Positions 58,361-64,000 of a stretch of 64,000 bases of DNA are shown piece after piece. The position numbers were made by a program, and so were the translations under genes. This DNA is from Candidatus Caldarchaeum sp. (lineage in GTDB: Archaea; Thermoproteota; Nitrososphaeria_A; Caldarchaeales; Caldarchaeaceae), in contig JAWBRA010000006.1 in NCBI GenBank assembly GCA_038844785.1, forward strand, positions 1-64,000. The letters run 5' to 3'. Position 1 is the first letter of the stretch. Each line of letters opens with the position of its first letter. The notes beneath the pieces were generated by a model. The model saw nothing but the letters and a program-made list of their open reading frames with translations, made no database searches and was not told the origin of the DNA.

Positions 58361-58784
58361 TCCTACATTCTACGCCCCATTCGTCGATAATCTTCCTATA
58401 TTTTTCAGCGGCCTCCTTCCCTTTCGTGAGGAGTTGAAGTTCTTTCTCCAACGCTTCCGGCTTTATCTGCACAACCCAGCTGCCGTAAGGGTCGCTGTTT
58501 ATTAGAGAGGGGTTGGAGACAACTTCGCCGTTCGTTTCCACCACGACGCCTGTCAAAGGCGACCGCATGGGCCCCATGTATTTTGCGCTCTCTATTGTTG
58601 CGAGGATTCCGCCGCGAGGAACTTTAGTCCCTTTCCCCTTTACCTTGACGTAGATTATCTCTCCGGCGTAGGCTTGGGCGGGGTCTGTTGCTCCGACGAG
58701 CACGGCGTCGCCGTCAACTTTGACCCAAACATGATACTCTAAATCGTAGTAAAGGTCTTCGGGTATGTTGCATCCCTTATACAT
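58353..58784 (-). CDS. lbpA: Lipoate-binding protein LbpA (GcvH-like) of the sHdr system
   Basis: IESAK lipoyl-Lys, NSDPYG, plus N-terminal (GCNIP) and C-terminal (VEC) cysteines typical of LbpA; sHdr context. Confidence 0.85.
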   Translation of the reverse strand: MYKGCNIPEDLYYDLEYHVWVKVDGDAVLVGATDPAQAYAGEIIYVKVKGKGTKVPRGGILATIESAKYMGPMRSPLTGVVVETNGEVVSNPSLINSDPYGSWVVQIKPEALEKELQLLTKGKEAAEKYRKIIDEWGVECRSE

Positions 58785-58800
58785 GTTCTATGCACCTTTT

Positions 58801-59205
58801 TTAGAAGTAGACCACGGCTGTGTCTGGGTCTGAGGCCATCTCTATGAGCGTGGCCGCTCCAGCGAACTGCGCGCCCTCTGGAAGGTCTTTCTGGTCCATC
58901 TTCCAGATGACTTTGGCCGCCACGCTGCAGACAAGGAATTTGACGCCGCTCTTCAACGCGAGGTCCACAACCTTCTGAAGAGGTTCTCCGTCGTCGGTTG
59001 TCTTCAGGCTCTGAGCCACGTCCTTCTTCAGAAGCGAAGGGCCTTCAGCTATGAAGAACAAAAACGTCTCGTAGCCCATGGCAGCCGCCGCCGAAGCGTA
59101 GTAAAACGGGGTGAACGCTTTTTTCGGCTCGTTCATGCCTGTGCTGACAACGAACAGGAAACGTTTTTTAGCTGAGGAATCTTGGCTGTTGGCTTCCAAA
59201 GCCAT
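58801..59205 (-). CDS. DsrE-family protein
   Basis: PFYYASAAAAMG, FF..EG, GVKFLVCSVA, AGAAT. Confidence 0.85.
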   Translation of the reverse strand: MALEANSQDSSAKKRFLFVVSTGMNEPKKAFTPFYYASAAAAMGYETFLFFIAEGPSLLKKDVAQSLKTTDDGEPLQKVVDLALKSGVKFLVCSVAAKVIWKMDQKDLPEGAQFAGAATLIEMASDPDTAVVYF

Positions 59206-59263
59206 GGTGGGTAGTAAAATAATGGTTATATATAACGTTTTATCGAAATATTCGAAAGTTGTA

Positions 59264-60040
59264 ATGTATGCAACGGTCTCCCAGAAGCTTCGAAAACGTG
59301 TTGAGAGGCTTAACGGGGACGGATGGTTTTACGGCGGGCTTCCCGGCCTTCAATGGGAGGTGCAGAACGCGCTAAAGGCTGACGGCGAGGTTGTCAAAAA
59401 GATTGCCGCCGAGTTTTACCAAGATTTCCGGCTTCACGAGTTTTTCCACGCGTGCATAAACTGTGGGAACTGCACGTCGAGGTGTCCAGCTTTCAGGTTC
59501 GCAGACTTTTCACCGAGAGTGGTTGTGCAGAAAGTGATGCATGGGAGGAGCGAGCCGCTGCTACTTTACCAGATGATTGACCAATACATCTGGGCGTGCT
59601 TTCAATGCTATTCATGCTGGGATGTCTGTCCGGCGCAGAACAACCCAGGCGGGTTGATAGCTATGCTGAAAGAGTTGGCTGTCAAGCATGGTCTTCAGTC
59701 GGCGAAGAAGACTCTCGAACCCTACAGCCGTGTTCTCTACAAGCTGATGACCACGGGGACGCAGATAACCCCCGACATGCACAGCTCGATAGCTCCTTTC
59801 AGGGATTGGGGTCCGCACAAAGCCGAGCTCGCTAAAAACCTTAGGGCTGAGAGAGCCGGCGTACCCGTCGAAAGCCTAGCCGGCGTATTGGACAAGGGAT
59901 GGAAGGTTGACCCTGAAACCATCAGGGAGCTGTTGATAATCGAGAGAGAGGCCGGGGTGATAGACACAGTCAAAAACACGTTGAAGGACGTGGGCGAGTT
60001 TGTTGAGGAAGCCGAGAGAGAATATGGTGTTGGTGCATGA
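59264..60040 (+). CDS. hdrC1: Sulfur-oxidising heterodisulfide reductase-like subunit sHdrC1
   Basis: CINCGNCTSRCP, CFQCYSCWDVCP, FRDWGP. Confidence 0.88.
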   Translation: MYATVSQKLRKRVERLNGDGWFYGGLPGLQWEVQNALKADGEVVKKIAAEFYQDFRLHEFFHACINCGNCTSRCPAFRFADFSPRVVVQKVMHGRSEPLLLYQMIDQYIWACFQCYSCWDVCPAQNNPGGLIAMLKELAVKHGLQSAKKTLEPYSRVLYKLMTTGTQITPDMHSSIAPFRDWGPHKAELAKNLRAERAGVPVESLAGVLDKGWKVDPETIRELLIIEREAGVIDTVKNTLKDVGEFVEEAEREYGVGA

Positions 60041-61311
60041 CTGAGGAAATAGTCGTAGGCAGCGGTGAAAGCGTCGAGCTGAAGCGGGAGGAGGCGAAGC
60101 TTTTCGAGAGACATCTATTCGCCGCAAAAGCACATCTGTCATACGGAACGGTTGAAGAATATCTCAAGATGCTGGAGAAGATGAGGGAGCTGGAGAAACA
60201 GGGCGAGATAGACGTTTTCCACGTCGCCGACGAATTCCAGCCTGTAACAGTCCGGACTCTGAGCGGACGGCAGAAGAAGATACCGACTGTGGAGCTGTGG
60301 CAGCACAAATCCTGCGGACAGTGCGGCCACATCCCCGGATACGTCACATCGCTCTACTGGATTATGAAGGAGCTTGACGTACCCTTTGTCGACGACACAA
60401 ACCAAACCTCATGCACCGCATGGAATTACTACGGCTCGGGTACCTCTAACCCCGTAGCCCTCACAGCGGTTTTCCTGAGAAACATGCACGTCGCTTGGGA
60501 GAAGAACGCCTACCCGCTCATACACTGCGGCACAAGCTACGGCGACTACAAGGAGGTTCGCTTCCTTGTCATAATGAACAGGGAGCTGAGGGAACGTGTT
60601 AAAGCCATCCTGAAGAAGATCGACAGAGACATAGTTGTTCCCGAGGAGCTTGTCCACTACAGCGAATGGCTTCATGTGATGAGAAACAGAGTCGCTGAGA
60701 AGAGGAAATATGATGTTTCCAACGTTACTGTCGCGGTTCACGCTGCATGCCACACATACAAGCTGATGCCGGAAGACTACACGTATCAAGACGACATTCT
60801 AGACGGTGTAAGGCCTGCTCCGACAACCAGCGTAGCCCTTGCACTCGGTGCGAAGGTTGCCGACTACCGCAACTGGTATGACTGCTGTGGCTTCGGCTTC
60901 AGACACATACTGACGGAGAGGGAGATGAGCAGGTCGTTCGCCTACTTCCGAAAGATTCAGCCCATAGTGCGCGACACCAGGGCAGACGTTCTTCTAACCC
61001 ATGACACTGGATGCGTGACAACGCTTGACAAAAGCCAGGTCGTCCCGCTCGTCCACGGCTATAAGGAAACCATCCCCGTGATGTCTGATTCGCAGTTCGC
61101 CGCCCTAGCCATGGGCGCCCACCCGTTCATCGTCTGCCAGCTGCACTGGCACATCGCGGAGAGCAAAAACCTCATGGCTAAAATGGGGATTGAATGGGAG
61201 AAATACATGGACGACTACAAACGCTACATCGACGAGATAAAGAAAGGTGCTCGCAGGCCCTCGTTCATAAAATCTCCTGCACGCAGGCTTACGCCAAGAA
61301 AGCCAAGTTGA
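60037..61311 (+). CDS. hdrB1: sHdrB1
   Basis: KSCGQCGHIPGY, QTSCTAWNY, HCGTSYG, HAACH, WYDCCGFGFRH, HDTGC. Confidence 0.9.
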   Translation: MTEEIVVGSGESVELKREEAKLFERHLFAAKAHLSYGTVEEYLKMLEKMRELEKQGEIDVFHVADEFQPVTVRTLSGRQKKIPTVELWQHKSCGQCGHIPGYVTSLYWIMKELDVPFVDDTNQTSCTAWNYYGSGTSNPVALTAVFLRNMHVAWEKNAYPLIHCGTSYGDYKEVRFLVIMNRELRERVKAILKKIDRDIVVPEELVHYSEWLHVMRNRVAEKRKYDVSNVTVAVHAACHTYKLMPEDYTYQDDILDGVRPAPTTSVALALGAKVADYRNWYDCCGFGFRHILTEREMSRSFAYFRKIQPIVRDTRADVLLTHDTGCVTTLDKSQVVPLVHGYKETIPVMSDSQFAALAMGAHPFIVCQLHWHIAESKNLMAKMGIEWEKYMDDYKRYIDEIKKGARRPSFIKSPARRLTPRKPS

Positions 61312-61335
61312 AGTAAAACAAGGGTTCGACGGGCC

Positions 61336-62406
61336 ATGAACGGTTTACCTCCTGTTTTGGTCATCGGCGGCGGACCAGCTGGCCTGAGGGCTGCAGCTGA
61401 CTTGGCTGACCTGGGTTACAGCGTTGTTTTGGTGGAGAAAAGGGGGGAGCTTGGAGGAGCGCCTGTGAGATGGAAGTATAAGACGCTCGCGCCTGAGCTG
61501 AGGCCGACTGAAGAGGTGATGATGCCGTTGATAGAGTATGCTGAGAAGAACGGCCGTGTGAAGGTGTATAAGAACTCGGTGGTTGAGAGATGCGAAGGCG
61601 GCGCAGGCGACTTCGCGGTAACTGTCAAGAATTTGAGCAACGGCTCTTCAGAGAAGATAAAAGCCTCAGCCATAATAGTGGCAACAGGGTTTGAACACTT
61701 CGACGCCCGCTTTGACCCACGGTATGGTTATGGAAGAAACCCCAACGTCATAGGTATTCATGAGCTTGAAGGCATGATTAAGGAGGGGAGAATCGTCAAA
61801 CACGACGGCACACCTCCCAAGCGGATAGCGTTCATTTTCTGCGTGGGCTCGAGGGACAGGGCGACGAACCCATGGTGCTGCACGGTCTGCTGCGGCGTAA
61901 GCATAAAGCAAGCCATCGAAGTCAAGGAACTCCTGAAAGACGCTGAAATATACGTGATTTATATGGACATAAGAACCTTCGGGCTCTGGGAGAAGCTTTA
62001 CTGGACGAGCATGGAGGAGTATGGAATCAACTACGTCAGGGGACGTGTTGGAGAGATATACTACTTGGACGGCAAGCTTCTGGTCAAGGGCGAGGACACG
62101 CTCGTCAGAGGGCCTTTCGAGGTTCTGTTTGACATGGTTGTGCTGGCGGTGGGCATGGAGCCGGGCGAGGGGACGAAACAAATCGCCAAAGCGTTAAACC
62201 TCCGGGTCAACGAGTTCGGCTTCCTGAAGCCCAAACACCCCAACATACACTATGACTCGGGACGCGAAGGTATTTTCCTAGCCGGCGCCTGCGTGGCCCC
62301 TATGTCTGTCGAGGAAGCGATAGCGGAAGGCTCGGCCGCCGCCATGCAGGCTGTCAAGCTGCTCAACAGGCTGTCACCGGTGCTGGCTAAAAGCGGTGGA
62401 GGCTGA
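61336..62406 (+). CDS. hdrA: sHdrA (short FAD/Fe-S subunit)
   Basis: GGGPAG, CVGSRD...WCCTVCC, YMDIR; lacks the ferredoxin inserts, as in sHdrA. Confidence 0.9.
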   Translation: MNGLPPVLVIGGGPAGLRAAADLADLGYSVVLVEKRGELGGAPVRWKYKTLAPELRPTEEVMMPLIEYAEKNGRVKVYKNSVVERCEGGAGDFAVTVKNLSNGSSEKIKASAIIVATGFEHFDARFDPRYGYGRNPNVIGIHELEGMIKEGRIVKHDGTPPKRIAFIFCVGSRDRATNPWCCTVCCGVSIKQAIEVKELLKDAEIYVIYMDIRTFGLWEKLYWTSMEEYGINYVRGRVGEIYYLDGKLLVKGEDTLVRGPFEVLFDMVVLAVGMEPGEGTKQIAKALNLRVNEFGFLKPKHPNIHYDSGREGIFLAGACVAPMSVEEAIAEGSAAAMQAVKLLNRLSPVLAKSGGG

Positions 62407-62852
62407 TGCCGTCCAAGAAGAAGGGAGAGTTCATCGTCGAACGGAGCTACGTTGACGACCAGCGTATAATCGAGCCTGAGAAGCTTGAGCTGGGCGGCGT
62501 TGACATGTCAGGCCGCTGGGGAGTTCTCATCCTACCCAGAACGATCGAAGACTTTGACCACACGCTCTACGAAGAGGTTAAACAACATCCCCGCGGCAAG
62601 AACATTCACAAATGCTGGCAGTGCGGTAACTGCACAGCAGCATGCCCCGTCGCTGAGGAAAACCCGCTCTTCAACCCACGATACCTCATACACATAACCC
62701 GACTGGGATACAGGCTTGAGCTGCAGAAGTTCGGAAAATACGTCTATTTCTGCTCAAGCTGCGGAAGATGTAGCGAGGCATGTCCCAAGGGTGTTGACCC
62801 CAGCGGTGTGATGGAGGCGATTGGAACAGTGTTGAGGAGGCATGCATTATGA
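62406..62852 (+). CDS. Short sHdrC2-like ferredoxin
   Basis: GVDMSGRW N-terminus, CWQCGNCTAACP, CSSCGRCSEACP. Confidence 0.8.
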   Translation: MPSKKKGEFIVERSYVDDQRIIEPEKLELGGVDMSGRWGVLILPRTIEDFDHTLYEEVKQHPRGKNIHKCWQCGNCTAACPVAEENPLFNPRYLIHITRLGYRLELQKFGKYVYFCSSCGRCSEACPKGVDPSGVMEAIGTVLRRHAL

Positions 62853-63694
62853 AACGTAGCGGAATGGGAGACGCAGTCGCATGGACTGCCACAACCATTA
62901 CAGCTTTAACGCTCATCGTCCTCTGGCTCAGCCTCATCATCCTCAACGCAGGCCACGGCGTGCAGATAGACCGAAACACCGTCCTGAGCAAGGACATAGT
63001 TGACGCCGCCGGGCTGTCATCACTCGCCCTCATCATCATCGCGGTTCTGATAAAAATCAGGCGGAAAAGCGTGGCCATCCTTCTGCAGGAGATACTTTCC
63101 ATGCTGAGGCCGGTGAAAAACATGCCTGCTAACGGCGGAAAACCCGCAGCCTTCGACACGGCAGCTCTGAAGGAGATGCTGAGGATAGGGGTTTACGAGG
63201 TGTTGGTGTTGGGGAAGATGGGGAAGTGCGAGGACTTCAAGCAGTGGTTGAGCCATCTGCTTACCATGTGGGGCTTCATAGGTCTGTTCATAACAACTTC
63301 CATCGACGCCATCGTAAACCCTGGCGCCAACCCGCTCCCCATCCTACATCCAGTCAGAATCCTCGGCAACATCTCCGGCATCGTTTTCATGACAGGCTTA
63401 ACTCTTTCGATAACGAGGAGGCTGGTTGACGGCAGTGTCAGGGCTAACAGCATGTTCTCCGACTGGTCTTTTCTAGCTGTGATGTATGGCACCGGCGCAA
63501 CAGGATTTATGGTTCAGTGGTTCGCCGACACTGGCAACGCGTTTGGAACCGTAATCACCTATATCGCACACCTGTTTTTCGTCGCCGCTCTCATACCCAC
63601 AGCTCCTTGGACCAAGTTCATTCACGCGCTCTGGAGGCCTTCATGGGTGATCTACAGCGGGTTGCTCTCAAGGGGTGAGAGCAAAGAGACATGA
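62849..63694 (+). CDS. QmoC/HdrE/NarI-like membrane (putative heme b) subunit
   Basis: WLSHLLTMWGF, AHLFFV..L.P.APWTKFIHALWRP; 5-6 TM helices. Confidence 0.75.
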   Translation: MKRSGMGDAVAWTATTITALTLIVLWLSLIILNAGHGVQIDRNTVLSKDIVDAAGLSSLALIIIAVLIKIRRKSVAILLQEILSMLRPVKNMPANGGKPAAFDTAALKEMLRIGVYEVLVLGKMGKCEDFKQWLSHLLTMWGFIGLFITTSIDAIVNPGANPLPILHPVRILGNISGIVFMTGLTLSITRRLVDGSVRANSMFSDWSFLAVMYGTGATGFMVQWFADTGNAFGTVITYIAHLFFVAALIPTAPWTKFIHALWRPSWVIYSGLLSRGESKET

Positions 63695-63813
63695 TGAGCC
63701 TGCATAGGAAGGCGGCGAAAAAGTTTTTCCACAAACCCCATGTCGGCACCGTCAAAAGCATAGAAGGAATCACAGTTCTCAGGCTGGCGGAAACCCTCCA
63801 CAACATACTCAAA
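63659..63813 (+). repeat. 155-bp direct repeat, copy 2
   Basis: Matches 41198-41352 with one substitution. Confidence 0.95.
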
Positions 63814-64000
63814 AGCCTAAACATGGACTACGAATACTCGGTTGAAAACGATGGAAACAGATACACGTTAGATTTTGTGGCATCGTTCAGGCAGCGGAGC
63901 CCGATGCAGTTGTGGATTTACGCCTACGAATCTTACATCGGATGCGTTGTGGAGATCAAGGTTTATCATGAGCTTGAGCTAAGCGCCGAGGCGGACGAGG
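63691..64000 (+). CDS. Hypothetical protein, runs off the window
   Basis: ATGA overlap with the upstream stop; open frame MMSLHRKAAKKFFHKPHVG... to the window end. Confidence 0.6.
   Translation, partial: MMSLHRKAAKKFFHKPHVGTVKSIEGITVLRLAETLHNILKSLNMDYEYSVENDGNRYTLDFVASFRQRSPMQLWIYAYESYIGCVVEIKVYHELELSAEADE

Noticed and set aside
58353-58784. Glycine cleavage system H protein
   Set aside because: No gcvT/P nearby; the terminal cysteines and sHdr context indicate LbpA.
59225-59236. Palindrome GTTATATATAAC as a specific operator
   Set aside because: Adequately explained as a bidirectional TATA box between the divergent dsrE and hdrC1 genes.

Overview
64 kb of a thermophilic archaeal chromosome. 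Archaeal PriL, uS12, GHMP-type shikimate and pantoate kinases and a Bat-type regulator point to a TACK archaeon, possibly Aigarchaeota/Caldarchaeales (inference). From left to right: (1) the probable end of an integrated element, with an N-terminally extended primase large subunit, a ~270-nt highly structured GC-rich non-coding region and a nonsense-disrupted DNA methyltransferase; (2) a compact frameshifted IS110/Nop-like recombinase followed by a structured RNA-like element that recurs four times in the window with variable internal loops; (3) an N2O-reduction locus (nosD, NosB-like, nosL, nosZ) divergent from a CuA-cupredoxin/NosH-like/CuA-cupredoxin operon and a Bat-type regulator; (4) a B12 acyl-CoA mutase with isobutyryl-CoA mutase signatures plus MeaB, a cytochrome b, and a decayed region with an IS6 remnant; (5) two xanthine-dehydrogenase-family Mo subunits, a cyclic amidohydrolase, a Liv-type ABC transporter, pyrB, sdhACDB, a lone rps12, a divergent DUF72 pair, pantoate kinase, an ECF-S protein and aroA/aroK/aroE; (6) a large sulfur-oxidation island (FccB/SoxF-like, YeeE, Mo-oxidoreductase + NrfC/D, TauE, DsrE x2, TusA, LplA, LbpA, and an sHdr operon variant ending in a QmoC-like membrane protein). 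The most striking signal is the IS110/Nop-like protein with its RNA family: in one copy, both variable loop strands match the two boundaries of an adjacent 155-bp duplication. All calls were made by eye from motifs; no database searches were run.
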